Positions 14,483 through 28,840 of a stretch of 64,000 bases of DNA are shown piece by piece; within the stretch, counting starts at the first letter, position 1; every line of letters begins with the position of its first letter. A program made the position numbers and the translations under genes. Below the pieces are notes generated by a model. The model was given only the letters and a program-made list of their open reading frames with translations, searched no databases and had not been told where the DNA came from. The DNA comes from Ascidiella aspersa. Lineage: Eukaryota. Where the stretch lies: positions 28,210,001 to 28,274,000 of the forward strand of contig OZ004607.1 in the NCBI GenBank assembly GCA_963924565.1, in the 5' to 3' direction.

Positions 14483-16444
14483 CAATGTTCGCATCCCCGT
14501 CTCGAGAAACGGGTGCCGGTTTGATATTGACTCATTTTTCGTCCGTTACGCTCCCTTTGTTTATACATTTCCAGAATTAAGAAAATGAATAATGCACAAT
14601 GTATTCCTCAGGGACAGGACTTTCGTTGAAGCTTTCGACACCGCCGTCATAACTTTTACTTCTCGTAGTTCGCGCGACAGCACAGGAGAAATGTTGACTG
14701 GTTTTCACCGAAATACCACGTTTCACCCGATCTCACAACAACGTGAGCGCATTTAAACTGACTCACCGACAACGGGCGTCCTTCAAACCGTCAAAAAACC
14801 CCTAGGTCGCTGCTCTACCGCGTCGACGTCGATGTATCAGTGACAAGCATCCGTCCGCTTGTAGTGAAGCTATTTAGCCGAACTAAAAACTAGGAAACTA
14901 TAAAACTGTAGCCGTGAGGGAAACAACGTGCGACTTTAATAAGATCTTACACCTTCAGTGCAGATTTGATTTGACAGTTGATTTTTTGTACGGCCGTGGC
15001 TGATCCATGTAGTGCTATGTTATCAGGTTTGATGTTGACGAGTGGCCAGGACGACGCAAAAAGGAAACCTATTTTCTGAATGCGGGCTGCTCGAAAAAAG
15101 GGCGCACCTACTGTACGTATTTGTGATGTAACCGTCACACGCAGTGGTTAGTCAATTAGGTGCGCCGGAGCCATTTTTGCTCGGGCAGCAACGTCATTTG
15201 CAAGAGCATTTATAGGCTCGACAGTCGCCTTGCTTGGAAGAGGATTTCCGTGCGAGCGTTTTAACAGCATACGTTGCTCTGATTGTCATTTCCCGGGATG
15301 TTAGAAATCAGTTAAAAAAACACGCAACTTTGGGTTCTTATTTGATTCGCGATTCCACGAGTTTAACGAGATTTGGTTTATCGTTATCATGAAGTTCGAA
15401 CAGGTTCACTAGATTTGAGCGGCGTTGTTACTGATACATTAAAGTGAATCTATTGCGAAGATTGATTGCAACAACAGCAGTCGCAAGAATTTTTGCCGAA
15501 GTTGTGCCTTGTGCCCAATTCCCAATAAAAATAAAAGGTATATGACGAAAACACGTTGTTTCTGTAACGCTTTTTAAAAAAGAAATATACTTCAAAAAAA
15601 AGGACAAACGAACGTTGCGGCAATGTATGTGTGTAGTCCGCAATAAAGTGTAACGAAATATTACAATGACGGGTTTGCGGTCTCGTATAGCGTTTTTTCC
15701 AGACAGGCTAAGCTGGTCGACGAACGCTATTTCAGGCAAACCTAAGTCGCGTTACTCATATACGCAGACAAATTTAATCGACATCTCCTAATAGCGTTGC
15801 AGACCACAGCTTAAATAAGCCTAACTTCGAATAGCCGTACAACGAAACGAACGTGAATGTGTAATTAAAGCAACCATGTAGTACGGAGCCGATGAGTTCC
15901 CTTGGGTAACATGTAACATTAGGACACTTGTAAATTGCGAGTGGAAGTTGGACTCTTTGTGAACCACTCGGTATGTTATTCTAGCGCGATGACAGTGGGC
16001 AGTCGAAAGGTTTAGAAAAAAAAAATACTTCGAGAAATATCAGTAGCACTACAGTAGAAAATTTAAAACCGTTTGCTTTACACAGAAATTAGTCGAAGAA
16101 ACAGTCATGTTAAAAGAGTTGTACGATTAAAACGCGTATGTACTGTATAGGGGTAAGTGAGTTCAAAACACCACGCAAAACTTCGCTGTAGATCTGTTTT
16201 TGCGATTTTGCTTGCCACACGGCGACGGGTCACTGATGTGTCAATAACAACGTCTATATACGCGAGCGCCGCGATTTCCAAGTGGCAAATGACGTTATAC
16301 GGTTCTGCTGTGGTCGGGTTGAGTTTGTCTAGCTTAAGTGCTGGAATTTTAGTTACAAAAATACCCGACGCCAGTGTGCCACTCTAACGCTCCCGACATT
16401 TGTGTTTCAGTTGAACAAGTTCTGAGCGGTTACCTAACGATATA

Positions 16445-19400
16445 ATGACCAGCGAAAACGGTTCGGAACATGGGCTGTGCTACAATCTGAGCCAGCCCTT
16501 CTGTGGGGTATACGACGCCGGACGAGTGCTGGACGCTATTTTCCTCACGTTGCTCACTGTGTTTGGTACCATCGGCAACCTCATGGTGATTTTCTCTATC
16601 ATCCTTTCGCGTCGAGTGCACAAAAACGGCAACGTGTTTATCATCAATCTGGCGGTGGCCGATCTGATAGTAAGTGTTCGTTGTGTATGCGTTACTACTG
16701 CAAAGTTTATTGGTGAACGTCCGCTTTATGAATTTGACGAACAACGTTAGAATAAATCCTTTTAAATCGTTGTGACAACGCGCTATAACAAGTGGACAGG
16801 AAAATGACACTTTAACTTATACAGATAAATGCTGAGAAACGCCTGTTTTTTACCCACGTCAGTAAACTTCGAGTTGTTGTCTCAACCTGACCGCAACCAC
16901 CTGTTGTATCTTGTGACAAAACACAAGTTCGCAGTTAGTTTTCGAGGTTTACATTTATCGTTGACGAATATTTTTTTTTATTGCTTCACGAATACATTTA
17001 CATTTATTTGTAGCGTTAATACATTTACATTTAATAATCCGATTCGCGATTAAGGTAAAACAACATTTCACTAACTGCAACTGTTCTTAATAACTAAACC
17101 GTGTATCAATTTTAAAGAGCCGTGTATACCACATATGTGTACGTCTGTTGATTAGCCCCCTGTTGTCGTAAGGACTAACAAGTACGGCACTTTTATTAAT
17201 AGTACGGCAAAAACCGTACGGAAACCCATCTAAATCAGTCGGCTTATGTAAGTAACTTTACATACTAAATCAACATTACCAAACACCCCAAATTAGATAC
17301 GCAGCGTACCACCCCATTAAATATTCTTTGGTTCCTTTTTACAAATTCATGATAAACTTCAACCGCTTTTCCAGTTTACAGTTTTGACATTCACCGTGAA
17401 AGATCACACGATTTGACGAGCGCCGCTTCCATTGCGTGATAAGGATATCCTTGAATTGTCAATTGGCGCTGCATTGAAGTGTGTGCGAACTTGTGTATCG
17501 CATAGCTAAATCCTCCATAACAAGTCGGATGGCACGCCCGAAGGCATTGATCAGACAAACAAAAACAAAATTTTGATTACTGAGAAATTTCGAAAGCGTC
17601 GGAATTTTTTAATAATATAGGCAAAGGCTTGGGTGTGAATTTCCCATCGCCTGTCGATGGAATTACGCAAGTCTATATACGGTTCATTGTTTATCTAAAA
17701 TTAAACCTCAGATAAGGTGGGCTTCACTTGTCTGCGTGTCTGACGCACAGGGCTTTTTTATCGAGAGTATAATATCACGCCAAAAATATGTGAATAAACT
17801 TGTTTTGGAACTTTCCGCCGAAACACTAGCACGTAAAAATATAGCTAAGATCAATTTCCATATAAAGTTTGCTGCTTTCAGGTTTCCTGATAAAATTCCA
17901 ACCAAGGCGACATGCTTAACCTACATGTCGCTATAGGCTAGAACATGGCATTATTGGGTTGTTTCTAGAGATAATAATTAGCATTGTAGGGCTGTTGTTC
18001 TGTGTTTTTCTGTGTTTTGCTTTGTGGTTTTAGCACCGCGCCCAAAGCACAACAGCTCCTAAAGCTCTGCGAAGTCGAAATTAAGTGAACTTTGGGGCAA
18101 TGCTAAAAGTAGCGACGTGGAACCGTAGGTTGGATGCGTTCTTAAACCAACGTGTAGCAACCGGAACGGCATTTCGATGCGCACCTTGCCCTCGACCTTT
18201 GTTGATTTCTGCGTAACTCTTTGTTGCGTTGATGAAATAATAATAATATATTTTTTTGTTAATATCGGGATCTAAGCCTGCTCACACATTTCTAGTTGTT
18301 GATCGTTTCTCCATATCGTAAGATCAAAGCAAAACCACAAAGATTGTAAAAAACATCCAGAACAACTTTATTCAACAAAAGCGGAATACTATAGTTATGT
18401 AGTTACGCAAAAAGCATCTTCAGTTCTGCTAAGATTCTTATTCAAATAGAATTCTTTCTGTGGTTTTGTTTGGATCGTTGTTGCGTTGTTGCTTCAACAC
18501 GAAGATCCAGAGTTGGCGAAATTCGAAAACGACCGATCAATAGGTCGCGAATAGAACCTGGCGAACTTATTGCCTCGGGAGTAATTGGCTTTTGTAATTT
18601 AACGCTTCCCTACACAGGTCACCGGTTTCTTCACGCCGACTGTAATTGCCAACGTGGTGCTGACGACCAACGCACTTCCAATCGGCGTATGCCAAGCGGC
18701 GGGTTACCTGGTCACCGTTTCTTGCGTGTGCTCTGCCAGCAACTTGGCCTGCATCGCTTTTAACAGGTTTGCTCCCTCTGATAAAATTTGTCGCTTACAG
18801 CTTGGCTGCTCCCTTAACTGCACAATCAATATAAGACTTCCGTGGTTTAAAACTAGACAATTTGCCAACATGCGCACTGTGCATAATTGGTTGAGTTTCA
18901 TTATACGCTAAACGCTCGTGTTTGGTTTTGGCTTATGTACAAACTATTTGGTGGCCAACGTTTCGCTTCACCAACCAGTTGTTTAAATACATTTCGTTCA
19001 AATATATACATTTCCGTAAATTGTAATACATTTCCGTAATTGTAATAACAATAATATTAAAAGCAATCGTTCTAATTTTAGAATGTAAAGTTACGTAACG
19101 CCATTCGACTAAATCTAGTCAAAAAAAAATCCGTTTAGTCTTTTGTCTGTATAAAGTTAAAAATATCACACGTTGGACACAAATACAGAAACGTCCAAGT
19201 AGCTTGAACATCAGCCAAGTATGTCACGAACCGTTTCTTACAGATATTGGGCTGTGGCGCGGCATACCTCTTACAAAAGTGTATTCACCAAGAAGCGCAT
19301 CTACATAGCAGCGGTCATCAACTGGATCTGGGCGAACCTCCTAATTATGCCAACCTTCCTGGGCTGGACGAAACTAGAGTAAGTGCGCGTAACATTATAC

Positions 19401-22400
19401 AGAACAGTTCGCTTTGCTTGCAATTGTTTTATAAGTTGAATATGAATCAGCGGTTCTAGTTTATTTTCATGAGTGACTGCGGATGTTTAGTGGCCTTCAG
19501 TGACCGACCGTAATACCAATTATATATATTTAAGACCTAATTTTTAAGGGTTTCGAACGTGTTCACCAAATCACATGTCGCCTCAAAATACAGCTTATAT
19601 AGATTAATGTTTTGTCGCTGTGACGCCGAGTGTAGCTGTAGCTGTATTTATACTGGCCTGTGGAAAACAAATGAGCTCCTCTTGGACGCCATATTAATTG
19701 AACAAAAGCATTATTACTCGAGGGTACCCAAATTAAAAATAATATTTGTATATATCTTGGAACCAATCTTATCTATAAGATGTGTATAAAGATATGTCAT
19801 GACTGCGTTACGGGTTGGTATCTATTATAATCAATTATTCTTACATTAAAATTTAATTTAGGCCAACGAAATATGCTTCAACAAGCGTCTTTACATCTAT
19901 AGTATTTTTGTTTAAAGACAGCAAATTAGGAGATTTGATTTAAACGATTTGTTTCCAGTTAGGTTGTTTGTTAAGCCATAAAAGTTTTAAAATAGAAAGG
20001 AAAATGCTAAAAAACAGAAGAGAGTACTTTTCCACTAGAGTTGGTTTCTAAAGGAATTAGAAAGCAAAAATGATTTCCTTTAACACTTTAGTAAATAATA
20101 AAGCTGAGCTTTTAGCAAGAAAATATTTTGACAGGTCCGAAATTTTATTCAAAATGATATATAGATTAATGTTCCATGTTTTGGAGGTTTTGACACATCA
20201 AGCCTATATGATTCCTTTTTCAGCCCATTACCGAATCATCCAGCGTTGTACGTTGTTCGACATCTCGATTGCTATGCTTATAGTTGTCATTTTGCCCACG
20301 CTAGTAATGAAACTAATCACCGTTGATATGTACATTCTGAACCATTCAAACTACGTGGTAACCTCAATGAACCCCGGTAGGTTTTCGAAAAAAAGGTCCG
20401 GACCTACAAAACCAGAGTAAAGTTGAATTGTTAAATAAACAAGGTTAAGGATTAAAAAAAACGAAATGTTTCTAAAGAATATCAGTTATCTTCAGGTGAT
20501 TAAAATGATGGTGGCACTAATGTTCTAGCAAAGAGTAGCGATTAATGAAAATCCTGACCAACACAGAGTAAGTAGTTCAGCAGGATGTTACAGCCTTAAC
20601 CACAATCAAGTGTGCTTGATAAATTGCAGATCGCGCGTGCATCTGCGGAAGTCGCGAGACCCTATACCAATGGCCAGCAAGAAAGTTTTTTTTGCACGCA
20701 GGTACGGCCCTGAAATGCTGCTGTGCTCCTACAACAACGTGATAGCGCCCAGCTACAACGTCTTTGTGATGGTGCTTGCCATCTCCCTACCCATCGGCCT
20801 CACAGTCTTCTGCTACTGGCGTCTTTTCGCGTGAGTCAACAAGCATCCGCCCGCTGTACATTCTGCTTTTGCAGTGACCCCGATTAAACTTGTATAGCAG
20901 CGAACCGCAGACCGCTGTCTATTTGGTAGGCACGGCTCGGTGCGGAAGATCGTCATTGGCCTTTGTTTGCGCCCCGCAGCTCGGCATTCTGCGAAATCAA
21001 ATCAACCGGGTCGCACTTGTTTGCGCGTTAAAGGCCATGACTATATGGTGACTTCTTTATGTGTGTGGGCACGGGTTTGCGGTTGGTTTCGGTCAGGATA
21101 TCCACACCGCATAGGAAAATACCTAGTAATGTATCCTTTACCTTAAGTGCTCCTAAAAGGATCCCTCTCATTAGTGTTGTTCAATCTCAAAATACCTTTT
21201 AAGCTGGGTAATTTTCACACATCTCGTATCGAGTTTAACGCTAAGTATATGCATGATCGGATCAACCAACATATCTTATTTACCATGTTGCAACGTTGTG
21301 GGATATACAGACATGACCTTCTCAAACTTAAGATAGATATATTGAGATTAAAAAAAAATTCAAATTTACAAAAAGAATCCATTTTAAAGTACATAAACTC
21401 TTGCCCGTTGAGTCCATTGGGTCCAAGTATTCCCTTGACATTTCGTCAGCTGATATCACATGACAACTCAGTCAAGATAGAGTTATTTCTTTACTGGCTC
21501 CACAAGTGTCTTCTGAGAGCACTTATAGACATAACGGCAATGACTTATTAAAGTTTAATATGCAAATTTACGAGCTTGCGCAGTGTGTTTCTGTATGTAT
21601 ACTTTTTTAATTCCGACACTTCCTTGTCGTCATTTCGTAGTTTATTTAATTTTTATTTTTTGTCTTAATGCCGATTTGCGAAGAGGTCTTACATACCACC
21701 ACAGCAGTTTGTATCCTTAAATTAACCATTTTGGCCAATTGTGCGCCTTAAATTAACAACACCAGTTTACCTGATGTGCAGTAAATGGTAATCTTAACCT
21801 CCACTGCAACATTCTGTACCCTAATTTAAAATCTAAGCGTCTAACTGTAGGGCTGTAAAGAAGCGGGGTGCCAAGATGCGGCGGGTGAGCTCCCTGCCAG
21901 CGACCGGCCAACGCAACTTGGAGCATAGACAGCTACAGAAGCAAATCAACTTAGCCAAAACGCTGGCGATGGCCGTGTTGGCCTTTGTCGTCTGCTGGAC
22001 TCCCTACGGCATCCTTATCATACTCAGTCAAAATATCGTGCCCCCGATTGTCAAAAGGGTAAGTGATAATGGTATACAATGTGCAAGTCTATACGCCCAA
22101 GAAATCCGAGATAAAATAGCTCACTTGTAGTGCTGTAAATTGATCCCTCACTTTGCCCTAATTTTCTTGTGTTTCGCTTGACGTATTGCTAGGATTTACC
22201 CTGGTTTTAGTGTCGCCCGGGTTAAATGCATCAAACATGTTTATACCTGGAAAAATACATCACCGCACGTTTGCGCTTCGTGCGACGGCTGTTTCCGCTG
22301 ATTATAAGATACACTAACAGAGACCGATTGTTTTTTTTTTGAAGTATAACAAAATAACCAGGACCGCTTGCAAAATGACAAAGCATTAAGTATACCCCCG

Positions 22401-23926
22401 GGATTTCTGATCCCCAATTTTCCTGAAAGGACTCATTCTTTCGTTGAAAGTTATTCGACTTCACCTTTGTCTCCTGTTAAAAAATTACATGAAAATGTAA
22501 TTCTTTTAAAAAGATAAGCTAGTAAAAGAAGTAGAACATCTGGCATTTTTTACTGTCCCCAGCGGACAATTATTTTTTTCGGTAAAGAGGACGAAACCCT
22601 AGGAAAAATGCTAGCACAAGGTGTAATTATCTGAACAGCTTTGTTTGCAATTTATTTTTTTACACAGACGTTTTGTTGCCTAGTACAGCGACGTAGACAT
22701 AGCTCTTGGTGCAATTGATAAAACCTTTGAAAATGACAACCCAGAATTGAACTGATTTAACCAATTTTAAAATCCCCTTTAAAAGAATTCAATGCCGTTT
22801 AGGAGCTTTAAAGTCCATCTTCAGGCAGAATAAAACTAGTGCAGTAAAAAATTCAAATGGCTAATAGTAAAAATTGCACTTTTATTAATTTTATAGAATT
22901 ATACAAGTTGGATTATTTAGATTTTAAATTTGACACCACTTTTATCATCGCGGGCCTTAACATACGAAATGCCATTATTTTCTTCAAACGGATCTATTTT
23001 TTTAAAAGGCCAAGCCTAATACGATTTTGTCAACGTTGTTTATTCTAGGTTGCCTCGCGTTTGATTCTTACCAACTCGGTGATCAATTTCGTCATCTACG
23101 GTGTGATGAACCCGACCTACAGAAAGGGTTACAAGCTGTTGATCAGCTACGTTTGCTGCTGTGTGACGAATGTTCCGTAAGTTTAGTGGAAATACAATAG
23201 GGCTTTAACAACCTAATTCTTGTGACACAGTTTATATGTCAATGGATATTTTGATACGATGTTAACCGGAGGTAAATCGTTTTACCCAGGTTATAAAAAA
23301 TACCAAAGCTACTTTATTATATGTAGTTTATAATAATACTGTTAATAAGTTTGTACAAAAACAAAATAACACGGTTTCTTTAGACAGAAACCAATACCAA
23401 AACAATATTTTCTTATTTTAATTAAGCCTTTTTTTAGCTTTTTTCTTAATTTAAATTGTTTTCTATCACCAGCGGTGTCAAATCAGAGATAGATTCTCAT
23501 TCAACCAATGGCACTCACGCGAAGAGGTTTCAAAGTATGTTTTCAAGATCGAACCTACAGGTAAACGGACTTCCATTGTTTGATTAACACGAGAAGGAAA
23601 TAGTCTATATACTTTAGTCTAGTGACTATAGTCCATTTATGTATCAATAAATCGTTACTAACAACCATAACACAGAAAGTGCATTTTATGGGTAAAAAAT
23701 AGTATGGCTAAAAGGAATTTTATGTCCTGGGTTTTGCAAAACAGTTTTTAGATTTGCGCTTTTACTTATTTATGTGAAATTGCTTTTTATTTAACGTAAT
23801 GTCCCCTTTCAGAAACCTTCACCTGCGTTGTCAGTCAGTTCAAACACACGACGGACTGTATTGCAAGTCACTCCTCAACTTACACCCGACGGTTCTAGAA
23901 CCAACTTGACTAAATCAGTCGACTAG
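16445..23926 (+). CDS. Class A GPCR, melatonin-receptor-like orphan (family A, gene A2), 8 coding exons, ~391 aa
   Basis: Exons 16445-16669, 18618-18766, 19244-19378, 20702-20830, 21851-22058, 23049-23176, 23473-23560, 23813-23926. Exons 2-4 are 149/135/129 nt, the same as A1; spliced length 1176 nt, open. Motifs GTIGN, NLAVADL, CIAFNRY, FVVCWTPY, NSVINFVIY, CCC after helix 8, Ser/Thr-rich tail. Confidence 0.92.
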
Positions 23927-23949
23927 TTAAATGCTAGCGGGCTCCAACC

Positions 23950-24530
23950 ACAAGACTAAAATAAGAACAACACCAACGTCGGAATAAAACATATTTGGAA
24001 TAAGACCAAAATAAGACCAATACCTATAGTCGTAAGACTGTCTTAATCGGAATAAGTCCTAAACCCGTCGGGATAAGACCTATGTGGATTGAATCAGGCC
24101 TCTACAACACTTTACCTAACCCAAACCCCCACCCCTAAGTACTTTGCTAACTCCCCTAATATTTTCAATCCTAACTCATTTTCCACCCATTAAAATCTGG
24201 TGCCAAGCGGCGGAGCACTAACTGTGCCGTTCAAACTAGGGTGCCGAAACGTCGACATCAAAACGGCCGATGTCAGACCCATGGCCACTGATCGTCCAAT
24301 ACCCTCTCTCTACAGTTTCAGACGGTACTTTGGCCATTTGGGCCTTATTCCGATGAATTAAGGACTTATTCCGACAAGTTTATGTCTTATTCAGACGATT
24401 AAGTTCTTATTCTGTCATAAATATTGCAACATATTTGTTTTTATTCTGGCGTTGGTTTAATACTACTGGGATTATAGAGTTTTCTGCTTTGGTTATTGTT
24501 GCTTTTTTGGTCTTAATGTGTATTCCCATG
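23950..24530. mobile_element. Palindromic MITE-like repeat, copy 1
   Basis: Left arm has ggaataagacc-type subrepeats and right arm the inverse cttattccga. The core gtgccgaaacgtcgacatcaaaacggccgatgtcagacc is shared with 26600-26645. Boundaries approximate. Confidence 0.6.
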
Positions 24531-26304
24531 CTTAGCCTACCACGATTCTAACTTGCCGTTTTTGTGTGGTCATAATTGGCTGAACGCAGTATGCGTCTTT
24601 TGACTGAGATTATGTTCCTTTGCCAAACGGCTAGATGTTTAACTGTTTTATAATTAGTAAATATCCCACAATTAAGTTGCTTTCAGGTAAAACTGAATGT
24701 TCTTTGGTTACCATAGTTACGCCGATTTGTATTTTACTTTTCTATACATTTTATCAGCGAGACCGTCGTTGCTTTTGTTGTATCCCATGTTTCTTATTGT
24801 CGATTGTACACAACGCAGTATATATCTTAAATATCTTTAATAAACATACAACAATCCCTTTGATGTTCGGCCTTTAATGCTTTGTACTTAGGCCATAACC
24901 AGAGATGTCCGTCACTTGGCATTTTTATTCCGATATAAATTCTCGCTGTTAAGAGAAAAAAGTACCGCGATCCGATCATTTAACAAATAAGGTCATTCTT
25001 ATGATCAAACAAGCAAAATTCGAAAGGGTAATATGTAAAAAGATTTTCAGGATATTAGGCCGAAATCTGCTTTGATGTTACGAATCTGATTTATTTTGCA
25101 TTTTAATGTAGTATTTTTAGATACTTACCTTTTCTCCATAAAGAAAGCGTTTCTTCGCCTAATATAAAAATGATCAAATATTTTTTTTTAGGATTTTATG
25201 CGGTTCTTACGTTTATGCTAGATTAGTGTTCTTTTATGGGCAGTGTATTTTAACAATATATGGAGCTCGCTTAAGTGACTAATATTTAGGACTGAAATTC
25301 TATTAATTTCTTTGGAACCAAGTAACTAGATATTAGAAACTTTGGCAGCCTGTGTTAAGATTGCAATGCAGAGCAACCTCCATGATGTTTTGCTTTTTTT
25401 TTTTTTTTTCCATGATGTATTGCACAAGAATCTGTATTCTATTCACTATTGTTCCTGTGCATCAGTTGTCCACGATTGGTTGGCCATGCGACGAAATTTT
25501 TGCGTGTTTATTAATCTTAATTTATACTGTGGCTTGAAACCTGACAGGTCCCTTGGTGTCGCTAAAGAGTTTTTCATATGTTTGGTGGATATATTTAACT
25601 TAAATGCTATACCGACAAACAATATGAAACAAATTTTTCCTAGGTAATGAAAGTTAAAAGGGATGACGTGGTTGACAAAATACATTTAAAGCATTAATCT
25701 CACAACAAAGAGACCTGAAGCCGTTATATAGCTTGTTTACATATGTCAAAACCCACTCAACTACATTAATCCTGGACCATAACATGGTTGCAGAAAGCAT
25801 CGAATTTGTTGGGAATAAAAACAAAAACCGCGTTTCAAAGCAATCCATATAGTCTTTGTTAGTTTTCTATAATAACGGTTTGATTAAGGGAGGTAACGGT
25901 TTGTGACATTAATAAGGTTGTTTAGAGAACCATATGGTATGTTTTCTATGTAACTTAGTTTCAAAGTAATTGTGCTTTATACGAATGTAAATAGGCTGTT
26001 CAGTTGTCCAAAATAACTTAAAAAACAATAAAATATAATTCTTTTATTTGAGATTTTATTTTGAGAACCACAGAAATTTGATTTTGCAAAAGCTGAAGCA
26101 TGTGTAGTGGGCTCTGCACAACCAGACTGAATAAAGTTTAATATAGCTATGTTCTTATTTAAAAAAGCTCCTACAGTTTAATCTGCTTCCAGCCCTAATA
26201 GTTTTCCTGTTTTTAATGCCGGAATAATGGGATATTCTGCCAATGGATTTGGAAAAAATGCCAATCTTTTATTCTAATACACTTGTGTTTCAGCATAAAT
26301 TAGG

Positions 26305-26800
26305 GGACTCCAGTAACAAGACCGAAATTAGAACAAAATCAACGTCGAAATCACCCAAAGTTCGGAATACGATCAAAATAGCCTAAAACATAATGAAGTC
26401 GGAATAAGGGTTTAATCAGAATTATACCTAAACCAGTCGGAATGACATCTAAATGGCCAAACAATATTTAAAGGATTTACCTAACTGTAATCTCACGTCT
26501 AACTTAATTACTAAATTTCCTAACAATTCTTATCCTAACTGTAATTATAACTTTCCTTATTACTCATCCATAACAAAAACGAAAACGGCGCCAGTTTGAA
26601 CCAGGGCGCCGAAATGTCGATATCAAAACGGCGGATGCCAGACCGGAGACCCAAATCTTCCCATACCCACTCCCCCAGTTTTATATGTTATTTAGGTCAT
26701 TTACATCCTACATGTTAAAAAAAAGAAAAAAGGCTTAGTTCTTTTTCCCACGATTTAGGGCTTGTTCTGAGGTACAGTAGATATTGCATATTTGACTTTA
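26305..26800. mobile_element. Palindromic MITE-like repeat, copy 2
   Basis: Same organisation as 23950-24530 (gtcggaataag subrepeats, ctaac-rich block, gcgccgaaatgtcgatatcaaaacggcggatgccagacc core). Boundaries approximate. Confidence 0.55.
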
Positions 26801-28535
26801 TTGTGTCGCTCATCCTAAAATTAAATGTTATTACAGATAATTCCAGATAGATATGGTGCGTATTAACAAAGCCTGTGTTTTGCAATGACTTTAACTATCA
26901 TATTTTTTGAACAAAATTATGGGACTAACTATACAAGTAACAAACGAATAGGTGCTAAGAATGGCAAATTAGATGCAAGGCATGTAAAAAAATATGCATG
27001 TGAGGCCTATTTGGTTGATCAGATCGACATCAGCATTCACGTATTTGCAGGAAACAGCAATCGTCTGGGAAATGTAAATATAATACGTAATGCCGTAGCA
27101 ATGGCGCTCTAATCTCTACTGTTTTGCTGTTCGTTTTTTACCGCTTAAATACGTTATCATCACGGGAGTAATAAAAGAGGCGTATTGTTTTTGTTTAAAG
27201 CAGCGGAAGTCCCTAATGGCGGCATGACGTTCTGGCAGATTAATGTAGATCACCATACATACAATATGAACAACACCAATCTTATCGACACTAATGAATG
27301 ACGTTTTCACCTGGGTTTAAAACAAGCTTCATCAGAAGTGAGGGATTTTGGGGTAAAACCAAAATATAAACAACGTGACTTGTGAAAAGGAGCATAGTAA
27401 ATATACATTGTGACATCGCCTACTTTTTGTTTCGACAAGGCAATAAGGTATTATAACTTGATTGTTATAATTCGTCCACAATGCGCCTAGAATGAAAGTA
27501 GAACTGATAGCAAAAACACATTAAATCAGGTGTGGTATGTTTTAATATTCAAACCTAATTGAAGCAAATTAAAATTACCCTAAATTAAATTTGTATACAC
27601 ACTAAATGCAATCTTTATAACAACCCTTTATTTTATACTGTTAGTTGTAAATAGATTTGCTAAATCGGAAACCTGCTTGTTACGTTTTGCAATTGGAGTG
27701 GACGTAAAAATACGTTCATTAAAATTAGATTCAAAGTTACAACAGGGTTACCAAACACGTTGAAAAAAGCAACCAAAAATTATAAGCAAATCGTGGTATG
27801 AAACGAATGACACAGTGGTATACATGTGGACATTTGTTTTAAACTCAGGAAGTTATTAACTTTTCAACCAAAACGATGTTAGGTCGCAAAAGGACAAAAC
27901 GAAATGTTACCGCTGGACATCCGCTGCGCAACTACTTCCGTTGGTTAGGTCACAAGCTAAAAGTTGGTAATACGAAACGAATCCACATTGAAATATCAAA
28001 GCTATAATTGCGGCGATTTTCAACATTACCACAAACCTATTTATAAAAGTTCCATTTTTGTCGGCGTATCCGGAGCATTCCTGCTGCTAAACATGTTGTG
28101 ATACACGCGTTTTTATTGTTATACAGGCCACGTCACGTTTTTTGACGTGACGCATTTTATTGCCATGGTTATTTCGAGTCTTTTTCACAGCATTATTCGA
28201 GCTAAGTTAGCGGGAGTTAACTTTTTAGGGCAACATTAAATATGCTTTATCTTGGTGAAAAACACTGCGCTGTTTCAGGAAACAATTAGAACGCATACGT
28301 GGAATTTTATACCTAACTTTTGTTTGTAATGTACGCTTAGTTTGAATTGAGTGTATCTAATGCTTGAATTCAGTGTATCTAAGCCAATAAATATAGTGAA
28401 ACCTAGGGGTGGTAATTTCGTCGATGGCTAGCCAGAGGCAGTATTTTACCGAGTTTTACGTATACCCATACGTTTATATTGTATTTGTGTGATTTTTAGA
28501 AGTATAAGATACAGTACACAGTATATATGGCCAAG

Positions 28536-28840
28536 TGGTGCTCATTTAATAAAAAACGAAAGTAACAAATTACATCAGTTACATTCAGTGCGACGGTTGC
28601 CCTTGCTTTTTGGCAACGAGTTGTTCAATGTCTGGTATAAAGTAGTATATAGTGCACAACGAATATCAGATTGAAGTCGGTTTCGTGGTTTAGATTTTAT
28701 AGTAAGCAATGTAGAGAAGCCGCTTTGCATAGGTTAGTTGAGGAAAGTTGAAGAAAAAAGCAGAATATTCATAGCTTGAATATCTATCCCTGGATTTACA
28801 ACATATAATGAGAAAATTTACCCCGGGTTAAGAAGGTCTG
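28536..28840. mobile_element. 5'-truncated copy of the MITE at 33370-33768
   Basis: Collinear similarity from tggtgctcatttaataaaaaacgaaagtaacaaattacatcagtta to aaatttaccccgggttaagaaggtctg. Confidence 0.75.

Noticed and set aside
8311-16400. Short ORFs in this and other spacers and introns (e.g. 8964-9299, 20070-20420, 21147-21551, 32919-33299)
   Set aside because: AT-rich composition, no recognisable domains and no consistent splice structure.
17160-17950. Possible decayed transposase in A2 intron 1
   Set aside because: No recognisable catalytic motif or terminal repeats could be established by eye.
23950-24430. Spaced ataagac/cttattc repeats as a CRISPR-like array
   Set aside because: Short, degenerate and inverted across the element in eukaryotic DNA with no cas genes; they are MITE subterminal repeats.
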